Below, piece after piece: positions 34,324 to 47,900 of a stretch of DNA of 64,000 bases; position 1 is the first letter of the stretch; every line of letters begins with the position of its first letter. The notes beneath the pieces were generated by a model. The model had not been told where the DNA came from, searched no databases, and saw only the letters and a list, made by a program, of their open reading frames with translations. The position numbers and the translations under genes are program-made. Origin of the DNA: Psammoneis japonica (Eukaryota); the NCBI GenBank assembly GCA_008632985.1, contig QPGO01000113.1, positions 126,947 through 190,946 of the forward strand, read 5' to 3'.

Positions 34324-37300
34324 TGACAGAAATTGAAGGCAAATGGCAAGAATTCAAACAACAACTCCTCACTGCTGTCTAAATAGCAGATGAGTCTCCG
34401 CTCAGAGACCGTTGCAGGAGCCGAAAGACGGGCAAGTCAGCACAATCGGGCCACTGTTGTTGTTCTTGTGAGCCTTGTGGCTCGAAAGCAAACTACATCA
34501 CGCGTGAACGCGCGGAACTAAAGCACACAAAACTGTGCGCGGTAAACTAAACAGCGCGCGATGCTTCGCGCGCATCCAAATCCTGTTCAAATCCTGTCAC
34601 TCCCCAGTTTGCTTGAGGAGCCACAGAAACAGATTCGACTTCGGATGGAATGAAGTTCCAGAACATGAGGGGTCGGAGAAGGTCCCAGATTTGGGAGTGA
34701 CCCCAATGCTTGCTGAGAATGTCAGCAGGGTTGCGGGAGCCTTCGATGAAGTGGAACTCAAGGTAACCAGAGGCAATTGCCTCACGCACACGGTGGAACG
34801 ATGGTGCGGTGTGTCGCTTGTGTAACTTGGAGTGCGGGATGGTGGCACTGTCTACAACCGACTTGTTGTCACCGAACATGCAACTGACATTACGGATCGG
34901 GACGCCAAGGCAGCGCAGGGTGATGCGCAGGTCGACAATCTGCTCAACACAATTCCTTGCGGCAACAAATTCAGATCCGCAGGTTGCAGTCTCCACGGTG
35001 GCTTGTTTCTTGGAGAACCAATCAGCCGGGAATTTGTTGAGGAAGTGGAGCATTCCATGACAGAGCGTCCGGTGAGCATGCAATGGCACAAGTTTGCATC
35101 GACGTAGTGGGTGGCAGTGACGAACTTGCCAAGGGGCGGTGGAGCGTCCTTCGGGATCATCTCTTCTGCTTCACCACACACGGAATGCATCCATTCGCAG
35201 GCCGGAGCAGGGAGATCCGAATGGTCGGGCTCTTCCGTGCGAACACGGAGAGCACCGTGTCGCATCTTGGAGAGGCACCCACAGACGCGTTTGGCACGGT
35301 CCAAGTGGCCTTGACGGGGCGCAGCTCGGAAGCTAGAGAGTGACATGACGGCCGTGGCAATGTCAATTCGACCAAGGGACACTGCCCATTGGAGTGAACC
35401 AACAAGAGACTGGAACTTGTGAATGCCATCGGGTCCCAGCAGTTCGGAAGTGTCCAGTTCGGGGTGGTCACCCTTCTCTAGAGGTGACAGGGCGTTGGTG
35501 GTGGGTTTCTCCCCAAACAGTCGGGCGCAGCTGTCGACCATGCGCTCGATGTACTTGCGCGGAGACAGGCACAAGGTTCCGTCGGGGTCCCGGGAAAAGT
35601 TGCAACCCAGATGGAACTCAATGGGTCCCGCACCCTTGAGCTTGAACTTGTGCTTTTCCGTGAGAGTGTCGACGAAAGATTGAGGGTCCTTCATGGCAAT
35701 GGCGAGGTCATCCACATAAACGGCAATGCATTCACAGTGGTCGCCGTTCCTGCGCATCCAAATGTCGGGTTCGGCGCGGCAGGGGAAGAAGCCTTCAGCT
35801 CGCAGGCAGTCGGCGAAGCGCTCGTGCCAGCGGAGACCGGAGCTGCGGAGTCCATACAGTGCCTTGTGTGTGACAAGGATGTGTCCTTCGAGTTTGCCAA
35901 ATTCGGGTCCAGCTGCAATGTAAAGCTTCTCCTTGGTGGTGGCTTCAAGGCAGGCATTGCCAATGTCGGTGGCCCATGTCTCCAGCTCGTTGAGTTCGGC
36001 CAGGAAAATCATCAGCCGAAGGCCACGAAGGGAGACTGCTCCGGAGCAGACACTGTCGATGGGTACGTCCGTGAGGTGCCCGTCGGCTACGAGTCGTGCC
36101 TTGTGGCGACCGTCGTGTTTCACGTCGTGCACCAGGTGCACTCGGATCTTCTTGTGTCCCACAGGAGGAGTGGAAGACTTGAAGGGCCCGCAGTCATGGA
36201 AGACTTCACATTCGTCGAGTTGGTCCATCTCGAGATTAGTTGCGTCTCCCCACTTGCGGTTGCCGTTGCGTTCGTCTAGTGACATGGCGTGTTTGTAGTT
36301 CCGGGGAACTTCGCATCCGCACTTGCAGCGAGGTGCAGTGCGGAAGGAGTGAAGCTTGGCTTGGTTGGCCATGCGAAACAGCTTCTTTTGGCGCCTCGCG
36401 ATGGTGCGGAACCGCTTCCATCCATCCGTGTCGAGGAGTCCGTTCTCTCGTGCATAGATGGCACAGGTGACGGGGTCGTCCTTGGCGATGATGGCAAGAG
36501 GCTCGGACGTGATCTCCCCACTTTCCCATTCAAGCATGATGTTGTAGCTTGAGCCTTTCCAGGTTGGGTCGTGAGGCTTCAGAGGGCCTTCGTGTGACAC
36601 GATGCGTCGAAATTTCCAAATGGTGGTGTCTTCGTCTTCTTGCTCAATGTGATTCATGATGTCATTGCAGGCAAGGACTTCCTCGTATTCGTCATTGTTG
36701 ACAGAGCAGACGAACTTAGTGAGCTCGGGATTGCCGTTCACTTTCCATTCGTGGGAACCCATCATCAAATCTCGCCATGACGACAACCCCATCGATTCTC
36801 CTGATGGGGAGATCAGGACACCCAAGATGCCAGTTTTCGATCCGCAAGACATCATTGGACGTACCTTCCTCATGCAGCCACAAGAGGACAGACGAACTTA
36901 GTGAGCTCGGGATTGCCGTTCACTTTCCATTCGTGGTCTTCGACGGCCTTGACGATGCGAGCTCTGTGGCGTTGTCCGTCCTCTTGTGGCTGCATGAGGA
37001 AGGTACGTCCAATGATGTCTTGCGGATCGAAAACTGGCATCTTGGGTGTCCTGATCTCCCCATCAGGAGAATCAACGGGGTTGTCGTCATGGCGAGATTT
37101 GATGATGGGTTCAGGTGGCTCCCCATCAGGAGGATCAAGACGCAGGTTTCGAACGGCAGGATCGGGGGTGGCGGAGCGAACGTTGGACCGGCAGAGGATC
37201 TTCTGAGTCTCGTCAGATAGAATCTTGAAGGTCATCTGGTGGCCGACGTGCTCAGCAATGCCAACGAAGCATCCACGCAACTCACGAGATTCGGACGGCC

Positions 37301-40300
37301 AATCGGAGTCATCGAGGTGGAAGCACACTGGTTCCCACCAGTGAAAGCGAAGCAATGGGCTGATGTCCGGGGTGGATCCAGTGAGAGTCTCGAGGGGCGT
37401 GCGCCAGTGGAGACGTGGGGACGCTGCATGGTTGAGCATGAAGCACACGCACATGAGTGCCAGCAGCCATGTGTGGGCGGGCGAACCAAAACGGTCCATG
37501 ACAGTGTTCGCCATGCGCTTCACAGTCTGGCATCGACGTTCGGCAAAGTTTTGGTGTTGCTGGTGAGGCTCACTTTGCCAGCTGGAGATGAAGAGGGCGC
37601 GCAGGATCCCGAGCACTTTGTTGCTGATCTCAACTTGAGCACGGTCGCCAATGAGTTTGGATGGGGCACCACGTTCACGGATCTGATCCTCGAGTGTGTT
37701 GACAAACTCTTTGTCCGTCTCAGTGCTGTAGACGTCAGTGACGGTAGACTCGGTGCCAACAAACAGTTGGGCGCTGGTGCAACCAGAGTCGACGGCCGGG
37801 GTGTCGGCATGAACGGTGTCAGTGGCGACAGGCTCGTTGCGACGGTGCACATTAAGGGCGGGGTTGGGTGATTTGAAGGCCTTGCGAAGGTGTGCACCGG
37901 CGGGCATGCGGGCGTACTGCGTGGTGCAGTCAAAAGTACGACGGACCGCATCGGCAGGTAGGAAGCCAAAGTGAGGCCGAAGAGACTCGAAGGGGGGGTC
38001 CTTGGGCTGCACAGTGCGCTCTGGAGGTGGAATGTCATCGCCCTTGGGGTCAATCGCATGCAGATGACACTCGTAGAACACGTCGTCGTTTGGAATGAGG
38101 TGATCATCGAGGGCGGACGCGTGATCGGCAGACAAGGAAGCGGACAAGATGGTCTCGTTGACAACGACACGGTGACGGTAGTTGCCGCATTCATCAAATG
38201 GGTTGGCAGTGGGATCGTCCTGCAGGTCAGAGATCGCGTCGTACCACTGGTCATCCTCAGCGACAGAGTGATCGAGGACGGAAGGGTCCCATGTGTCATC
38301 ACCGGTGAGGATGACCTGGGGCAGGGTGTCCCATTCGGCGTCAGTGTGAGGTCGCATGGCAACATGAGGCAGGCCAGCCTTGACGTCAATGGGGATGACA
38401 TAGCCATCAGGAGTGGCAATGCGTTGCAAGCCGTTGGGCACCTTGACAGAGCGATCGTTGACATCCTGTTTGTGCCATTCGAGCTGGCCGCAGGAATGGA
38501 TGGTCTTGCCCTTTCCCGTGTGTGCGCACTGATGGAGGATGGCGATGACGGGACCACGCTGGGTCTCAATGACGGCACCAGCGGTGACAATGGGGATGTC
38601 CACCAATTGATGATCGTCAATGCCCTGAACGTCGACTTGGCGAGAGGTGCGTGCGATGACGCGGACATCGTCGCCAGCAATGCCGCCGTTGGCCCCACGA
38701 TCGACTAGAGCGCCAGTGCGTGTGGAGCGATGAGCAGAGGCAGAGCAAATGACATTGTGGTTGTTGACGCGGCGGCAAGTGCGGCCGTTAAGTTCCATGT
38801 CATCTGCAGAAGCTGGCGGGGTAGAGGAAGCAGCGGATGGCCCCGGTCGACTGGCATTGGGGGCTTGGTTAGGAGACAACAGACGTTGCAGATCACCGGG
38901 TGGCAGTGGCTTGCGCTTGGTGAGGTGCGCCAGGATGGGATCATCCGAAATGGCACCCACATGTGCAGCGGAGTCACCATGGTCAGCAGGAGTCGTGTTG
39001 GACAAGTTGACATCACCGTCACTCCCAAGGTGTTGGTCGTGAAGGTTGGCCGCAACAGACTCATGGCAGTCACTGGCTCGCGGGTTGCGGGGAGGCGGAC
39101 GAGAGTGCTCAAGGATGATCGCCTTGGAGGAATCGGGCAACGAATCCCAGAGCCGTTGGTGGTCGGGAGGGAGACGTCTCCATTGGACACCGGTGAGGCT
39201 GGGACCACGGGTGCAGGCAGCATTGGCTTGAAGGACGTCAACGTCGCTGTCAATGTCGTAGAACACATCGTCGGACGGTTCCTCGGAGCAGACGTCGTGT
39301 GCGCACATGGCGCGTCGGGGAGCTCAAGGTGTCGTCTTGGGTTGAAACGTGCTGTCGCACTGAGCTGCCGCGGAGAGGAGCAAGCCACAGCATTGATCGT
39401 ATGTGAGGCTCTTGCCACTCTGCGCACGATGCTGATCAGCTTGGTTCTTGACAGCACGGAGTTCCTCGACAGGGTGCACGGCATTCTCGAGCATGACGCG
39501 CTTCTGTCCTTCAGAGAAGTGGTCGCTGGCGGGGATGAGTGCCTCGTGCTTGCGCAACTGATCTTGCCAATGAAGGATGAACCCGTGGGTCGGACCTTTC
39601 CAAGTGCCATCACCAAGACGTGCGGTGGTGAGGTGCGTGAGCAGGGTGGAGGACTTGATGGATGCACGGGTGGAGGCAAGCGCGCACTCAGACAAGGAGC
39701 GGCAGACGGTCTGTGCGTCAGAGGACCCCACATTTTCGCGAATGAGAGCCTTGCCCTTGTCGGTGAGAAGGATGTGTTCGAAGACAGCGAACATGCACTT
39801 TTGCTGTTCAGCAAAGAGCAGTTTGTCTTCGGGGCTGGTCGGTTTGTACGACGAGTCTAGAATGCACTCGACGTCTTGGGCACGGGCTTGTGCCACAAGT
39901 GAGGTGTGCCAAGTGTGCCACTGCTTGTCGGATTTGAGAGCCGTGAAAGCGGTGGGATCACGCTTGATGCCTCGCTTGAAGTCTCGCACCGGGTCGCGTG
40001 CCTTGGTCGGGTTGGTGACATGTGGAGGTGCAAGGGGTGAGCTGCCGATGGACAGAGAGGACATGCAGTCCGGGCTGAGGTGGTGGGCAAGGAACTCGTC
40101 ATGTGCGAACAAAGAGGAGTCGTTGGCAACGTCAAGACCTTTGTGTGCTTTGACAATGTACAGGCTAACTGGTGCTGCTAACATGTTCTCATAACCACGG
40201 GGCAAAGGGATTGCATTGGTGCCGTTGTCGCACTCAAGTGAGTCGATTTGGGACGGTGTGAACGTGAACAGTTCCTGATGTGAGTCCGTGCCGTCTTGGG

Positions 40301-41604
40301 CCAAAGCCAAACGAAGAGGACTCCCAGCACCTTGGGCAAGCACGGTTCCAACAACGTGCTCGAAACCATCGGTTTGTTGCTGACGAGTGAGAACCATGGT
40401 GGACAAAAGTGGTGTCAGGACAATCAATTCGAGCGAAGGTAGACTCGAAACTTGGGTGAGAATGGACTTGACTTGAAATGGACTTGACTTGAAATCTTGA
40501 ACTGTCTTAAAATCAGAAGTCGCCGGGCTTTGTTATCCCGTTCGTTGTCAAGTGCTAAACTTCCCATCCGGTCCGCAGAGTTGTGCCGGCACGTCCGAAC
40601 CCGCAGCCAGCGGCGCTTTGGGTTGCTTGCGAGCGGAGTGGCGGGTTGTAAACCCCTGCAGGTGAGCTGACTAGAGGTGGACAAGACCCCCGAACCGTTC
40701 TCATTTTATGTCGGTTGGATTTCCCGATCAGGCTGGCCAGTTGACGCAGGCGTCAGGCGCTGTGGACGAACGAACAAACGCGGGAAAGTGCCCTCGCCCC
40801 AACGCAGGCTGCAACCACGGCTGCTTGCTCTCACAGTCGTCCTCGTGGACCTAGTAGAACTGTAGAGCACCAGTAGTCCGGGGTAGATCAGGTACAATGG
40901 ACTCGGTGTGCTTGTAGAGTGGCAGCAAAACCGCAGTCCGAAGAGTGGGTACAGGTTCTTGGCCGTGAAGATATGTATATATATGTGTGTCTTCAGCGAC
41001 GAAGATCCTTGAATATGTAGGGTTCTTGACCGTTAACCGATGAATAGGTATATCAAGGGATGAGGATCAAGGATAGACTTGGATATGACCGTTGAATGTA
41101 TGTCTTCAGCGATCAAAGGTAGTATAATCAATCCAGATATCCAGCGGTAAGGAGACTTGACGGTGACGTTAACTTCCTGCCGATGCCCTGGTATTGAATG
41201 CGCGTAGACTTGCCGATGTATGTAGAATATATACGGAGGTCCACGTAGAATTGAAATAGCGTCGTTGGTAAATCAACGACGACGATGGCGGTTGCTCAAT
41301 GGGTTGACAATGAGCAAGACTGTTAATCTGACAGAAATTGAAGGCAAATGGCAAGAATTCAAACAATAACTCCTTACTGCTGTCTAAATAGCAGATGAGT
41401 CTCCGCTCAGAGACCGTTACAGGAGCCGAAAGACGGGTAAGTCGGTATAATCGGGCTACTGTTATTATTCTTGTGAGCCTTGTGGCTCGAAAGCAAACTA
41501 CATCGCGCGTGAACGCGCGGAACTAAAGCACACAAAACTGTGCGCGGTAAACTAAACAGCGCGCGATGCTTCGCGCGCATCCAAATCCTGTTCAAATCCT
41601 GTCA
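34324..41604 (-). mobile_element. Ty1/Copia LTR retrotransposon (CoDi-like), full length, mutated
   Basis: 276-bp LTRs 34324-34599 and 41329-41604 (TGACA...TGTCA); 5-bp TSD GAGTT; PPT aaactggggag; order gag, PR (LVDRGA), IN, RT (KARLVA, YVDD), RNaseH (NPADILSK). Confidence 0.97.
34600..40397 (-). pseudogene. Copia gag-pol polyprotein, disrupted
   Basis: ORF pieces 39324-40427, 36870-39308, 34852-36750 and 34547-35089 are separated by frameshifts and an internal duplication/inversion. Confidence 0.9.
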
Positions 41605-44600
41605 GAGTTCTTGGCAGCTCTGCATGATCCAAGATGTCTCCTTGCTCAACCCATTTTCTGAAAATTTGGGTGGGCTCTCAAGGACATGTGGCATGGATTC
41701 AGCATCAGAACACAACAAAGATGTGGACATTGTTGCCAAGGCAGTCAACAGCAGCAGTGCAGCAAGTCTCAAGAGTGCTGCACTTGGCTTGGGAGACATT
41801 TGTTTTTGCACAAGCACCCCAAAGGACCACAAGTTAAGTCCAAAGTCTTTGCCATTTGACACATGGATTTGTTGGCATTTTGTCAAACAATGTGCACTGA
41901 TTTGATGGGTGAGTTGTTCCTTGCATCAAAGTGAAAAAGTTTTGTGGATGATGAGAACATCAAAGTCTCAAAAGGACGAAATGCTGTTGCTGCTGTGCAC
42001 AATCTGAGGCTTTTGTGCAGCAGACAATCATTTGACAGTGCAACAACGAAGAAATGGAAGAAGACAGTTGCAGAAGTGTTGCCACTCTTTGTTTGTCTTG
42101 AGCAACAACTCAGTGCATTCTCAAACAACAACATCAAGGGGAGAAGGCAGCAAGTTGATTGTCAAAGTCATTGGAAGACAGCTGCACTCACACCACACCC
42201 TTTCAAAGCCACAACACCAAAAGGCAGTGTCCAGGAAAAAAGAGAAGAAGCTCAAACAAGAAAGGGTGGAGAGGAGCAGGAGAATGCCTGCAGTGACTGC
42301 TGCTGAAGCAAAAGAAAAAGACGTGGCTGTTGGTGGAGCCAAGCTGCACCTGCCTTCAAAGCAAAACCACTTCTTGCTCCACATCAAGGAATTGACTCCT
42401 GTTTCAGGGCTCAAGTTCAGGGCATTGACCCTCTGTTGTGTGAAGATGCAACACCATTTTGAGGCCCAAGGAGCTGTGGTCAATGGGCTTGCATGACCAG
42501 CATGTGCTTGACCTTGTCACTCACCACATCTGGAAAATGTCATCACTCTTGTTGTTCAGAGCTCATCTGTGCTTGGTCAGAACCCTGTGTTCTCAACAAG
42601 TGCCAGTCAATTGTGGTCAAAGGGCCTTTCACAGGTGTTGGTTGATGAAGCGGGAAATGATGGTGTGCACAATCTTGACAAGATGATCTTTGTGCAGATC
42701 AAGAATGATTTTGACATGACTTGGTTTCTGTCCACAATTTGTGTGATTGGCGACAAAGCAGGAAATGACAACAAACAAAACTTGTGACTTGCACTTGTTT
42801 GTTCTGAATGACCATGCACAATTGCAACAACTTTCTGGCGCTGCTCATTTCTGAGAATGACAACATTCATTTTTCTGATTGGCACATGCTCATGCTCATG
42901 CTTTTTAATTTTTCTGTGCTGAATCTGCTTTTGCTTCTAGTTTCCTGCTCTTTGCTCCTTGGTTTTGTCATGTCTTCCACCAGTGCTCCCGTCATCATTC
43001 ACTGGTGTCTGCACATGACATGGGTGCCCTGTTTTGGTCATGGCATTGTCCCTTGCAACTGCTCTGGTGCTCTCCATGATGGATTGTTCCATGTTGTGAC
43101 CTCTCTTTTGTTCATCATGCTTGGTTGGCCAAAGCGCCACCTGCGAAAACAAGAGAAAAGAGTGTGCAATGGATCAGAGTTTTGTGCATGTTTTGTTTTG
43201 AATCAGCTTGGTGCTGAAACTGTTTTTGCTTGCCTTTGTGCCACCCCCACACTTGCTCTGGTGCTGTCTTCCCTCACTGCTGTCATTGTCAGGATGTTGG
43301 ATGAGCCCTGTGTTTTGCATTTTGTGTCTTGTGAGGCAATGATGATTTGTGTTCTTGTGACAATGTTGAGCCTGTCTGCCCAGTGATTCCTGTCAGTGTC
43401 ACTTTTCAAGTGACATTTTTGTTTTAAAATTCTTCCATGTTCGTGCACTTGCTTTTGAAAGTTTGAATGATTTAAAAATGACTTGAGTGAGTCACTGAGT
43501 TGTTGAGATTTTGCACCAATTCAACATTGCTCTGGCTGTCACACACAGTTCATGGCTGCATGCAAAGAACTGTTCGAATCAGTTTCATTGCACACATGTC
43601 TGCAGTCAGTCAACATCTCAATTTTTGTCACATCGGTGTGTTCTTGTTAAGATGGAAATTTTCACAGTGGTGCTGGCACACTCCATCTTCTTTCACAATG
43701 TTCCAGGACTTCAATCCTTGCCACCTGCTTGACACCCTCACAACCACATTTTCCATTTGGTGTGTTGCAACAATGCTGCCAAAAAGGAGCACAAACCCTC
43801 ATGGAGGCAGTGGATGCTGTTGCACTGCCAACCATTCCAGTGCAGGTGGCAGTGACCATGATGGTTTTGGAGGCTGGGCTGGCCAATCAGCGACCCAGCA
43901 GCCACTGCTGCTGCTGCTGTTGCCTCCATCAACAACAAAGCTGCCACCTCTGCCAATGTGGCAGATGAGCTGCATTCTCTGGCCATTCCATCTAAAGATT
44001 TCAAATTTCCCTTGGTGCATCACAATGAAATTCCTTCCTTTGAGGACAGCAATGTGCTCAAAGCATCTGAGCACCATGCCCTTTGTGCTCTTGACCCAAA
44101 CAACGAGGATTGCAAAATGTGGCTGCTGTTTTGCTGGTGGGTGCACAGCCTTTACAAAAACCAACAGGAAAAGCTGTGCAACCTGTTGCTGAGCAAGCAC
44201 ACCACCAATGAGGGAAAACAGCTGCTGCCACAATGCCACAATGTCGGACCCTTCATGCCAGTCATCCATGACATGTTGCCAGAGTGAGGGTTGTGGTGAG
44301 GCGACAAGCCAAGTCATCTTGTGACCTTTCACATCACTGGTTGTCATGTGCAATCAAAAGTGAAGGTGAGCAAAAGAACAAAACCCAAGAGATGCTGTCA
44401 CAATGGGGAAACCAGCTTGCTCTAAAAGGCAAAGCAACTCAGTGAATGTCTCCTGCAAAGAGCTGTGAAAGAGGTTGATGTGCATCTCCTCCTGTCATCT
44501 CAGCTTTGACTGTTGGTCCATGGTTCACTCATTGCCAGTCTTTGGGTGCAGCAGCACCATTCCCAGTGTTGATCAAAGGAGCTGGCTGTGGCAACACTCA

Positions 44601-44934
44601 TTGCTCAGCCAAGTTGCCCAATGTCACAAGAGCGGGTTGTGCTTGCAGATGACCTGCACTGTCACAGAAAGCAGAGTCACCAAACAATGCGGCGGGACAA
44701 ACAAAGTGTGACTTAGAAGAGCACTCATTGCCCTGATCAGCCAAGAAGCAGCTGAGATCATGCTTGGCTTGCTTCCACCAATGATCTCCAGTGTTGAGAG
44801 AGCTGCAAATGTGCCAATTTATTTTGGGACAGTGCCCAGTGCTTCGCCTCATGTGACCAATGACAAGACTGGACAACATGGGGATCATGGAACACCCTTC
44901 TCAAACAATGCAAAAAGGAAAATTGGCACACATG

Positions 44935-47900
44935 TGCAGCATGCGACTGTTATATACATGTTTATGATTACACATTATTTACATGTCAATCGTACCACAG
45001 TCGTGGATGCGTACAAAGGACAGAACGATCACACAGAGTTGATCGGATGTCGAGAATTGCAAATACGATCGATTGACGATGTTGACATCTTACGTGTCAA
45101 TGGCAATCGTATCCGGACAATCTGTTGTCACGAATGTGTTCTCCGAAAGGCCTTTTGTCTGTAGAAACAGTACAGAAGCTTTAGGCCATTGAGAACTCTT
45201 TCGGAGAAACCAAAAATCACAGAGTAAAATTCAATCTCATAATTTCCACTTTTCGTACACCACTCTACTTTCGTTTACACTCGTTCTTCGAGCACAGTGC
45301 ATTGTGTGTGCACACCACAGAAGGTAAAAAGCACGGAAAATGAAAATTTTAACTAGTGCGCCTTTGCAAATTCTTCCACAAACAGGAATGAATCGCGTCA
45401 GTTCTGCTGGAATCGATTTCCGAGCGGAAGAAGCTCAAGCCGAGCAGTGCCTCAAGATGGAACGCTGTTTTTCGTCTACCAGACAAGAGGATTCGCTCTA
45501 ATGCGGTCTATTCCAAGCACCCAAGGATCAAGGGCTCTCAAGCACACCGCATCATCAAAAAATCTACACCAAGTCATGGTTGCAGAGAATGCAAGTTCCG
45601 AGTCGATCAGGTCCGAGAAATGCATCTGGTGTGCAAGGAGAGACTATTGGAGAGTTTTTGGAGACCGAATCAACGAGCCTCGAGTCCAAGAGCAAGATGG
45701 AACCGTTGGAAAGCACCTCAAGAGTCTCACATCTCATGTCTTTCCAAGAGTTGCACTTCAGAATCAGAACTGTTGTTTTCAAGACGATCTGAAGAAACCA
45801 GAGCTGCTTGACAACAAAAAAGCCTCTGTTAGACCCAAGAGGTCAATGATGAGAGTCTGTGCGACCCTCAGATGGATTCTAAGTCGAATCTAGTGGGAAA
45901 CCGAGCGCTGATTTATCAGCTGTCACTCGCACCGCAAGGATGGCAGCATCAGCCCACTGTCCAAAACATTGAACTGCTGGATCACACCCTTGACGAACTG
46001 ATTGAGGTTTGAGTCGTCTAGAGGTCGGCAAGGACGTCCATGACAAAAAAACACATCAATTCGGGCTCTGACAGCGCAGTTGATTCCACAATCAAAAAGG
46101 TTCCAATTTTGGTTCCAAAAATGGTCTCCTGTGTGGTGCCACCACAATCCAAAGTGAACAAAAGGTCCAATCTTTGAAAAAAGAACACCCACATCACGGA
46201 TTAAAGCCATTCTGAAAATGAATTAGCGAAAGAGTGCAAGGGTGGCTCTAAAAGAGACCCAAAAATACGACGCTCTAAATGGCAATCGCACGCGAACGTG
46301 ACGAGAGCAGAAATGCCTCTGTGAAAGAGGAGTTGAACTGAACTGTGAACCAGGCAGTTCACAAAAACAATTGGAGCGAGTTCCTTGACAAAGGAACGTA
46401 AAAATAAGAGCAAAAATTAAGACTCTAAAATGCTTAACGAACAAAACTGTCAATTTAGAAAAATTGACCCGATCGAGTCCGATCAAAAATTTGCACCGCT
46501 CAAGGAGTGTAACGCGTTACAGGACGTCTGGAAACCCAGAAAAAGCATCACAGCATGTCACACGAGTCCCACTCTCGCTGTCTGTATGACTGCTTCTCTG
46601 AGAAAAGCAAAAAATGAGCTTCTACGTGTTCTCTCGACAAAGAACATCGTCAGCCCATGATTTTGCGCAAAATCGTGCAAAGTTGAGAACCAAGATGTCC
46701 GCCACCAAAAAACTTGGGAAACCAAGGGTGAGCTCTTTACGACTGACAGTAAACACCGAATTCAGTTCTCAGTGCGCGAATTTAAGGCATGCTGACATTC
46801 AAACAGCACATGTTGAAAACACCAAATTTTCTTCAGGTTCAAATGACATGATCATGGGACGCGACTTAATGTCCAGTCCTGCAAGTCACACTGGACTACG
46901 CAAATGAAGAAATCTAATGGGAAGAAGCAATTGCCTTATGAAGAATGTTCATACACTCTTCGATGCCGATGTTTTCAAGCTGAAAACCGATCACATTGAA
47001 AAACATGACGCCGTGAACAGAGTTGACAACGGAACCAATGGTCCTCGACTCACATTGTCACGCCATCGATCTTAATCAAGTGACAACTGCGGCGATGCAT
47101 CTAACCCAAATGAACACAACCAACTCAATCTTCTTCTCAAGAGGTTGAAATCGTTTTGAAAAGTTCCTCAGACGAATGCATGGGAAGCATCAGTGGATCT
47201 CATCATGGAAAATCTGACGCGATTCCACGACGCGTGAGAACCTTCTCCTGTCACAGTCTTTGGAGGCGTCCAATCAAAAGGAGTTTGACCTGTTATGAAA
47301 GATTGAAGTCTTAAGAATGAAATTGCTCTGAACAAGTCGCTCTGAGACTCATTGTCCAAAGAAAACAGGTCGAGTTCGACCGTGTCCGACACTCAGAAGC
47401 TCAGTGAAAGGTTCACACACGTGGTGCATCCTTTACCCAATGTTCAGGAAATGCCATTGAAGCAAGAACGTTTCATGTGTGCAATCTATTTGATTCAAAT
47501 GTGGAATGCCACCATGTCAAATAAAAAAAGCACACGTCGTGCTCACACGAAAATCATGCCGTGGGGAGAAAATGAGTGCCACGGACTTCCAATGAGAATC
47601 CACAGAGCCCCAGACATTTTTAAACAACACATGAGTGAACTCACAACAGGTTTGAAGTTGTCAGAACGACTGCATGTGATCGTTTGTACCTGACAAAAGG
47701 TGACTTCAAAATGTCACCTGCACAAGTGACAGCTCAGTGCGGCATTCAAACGACTGGAACAGTCGCTTAGAAGGTTAACAACAAAAGTCCTTCACCATTT
47801 AACTTGAAACAAACTATCAAGACTTCCATGCGCAACGATGTGCAATCGATTGCAAAGAAAATGGAGGCGATTCAAGCAATCGCAACACGAGAAAAACGCA

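Noticed and set aside
33400..44900. Many overlapping 60-390 aa ORFs on both strands
   Set aside because: Expected by-product of TAA/TAG loss; antisense or out of frame to TE genes, with no recognisable motifs.
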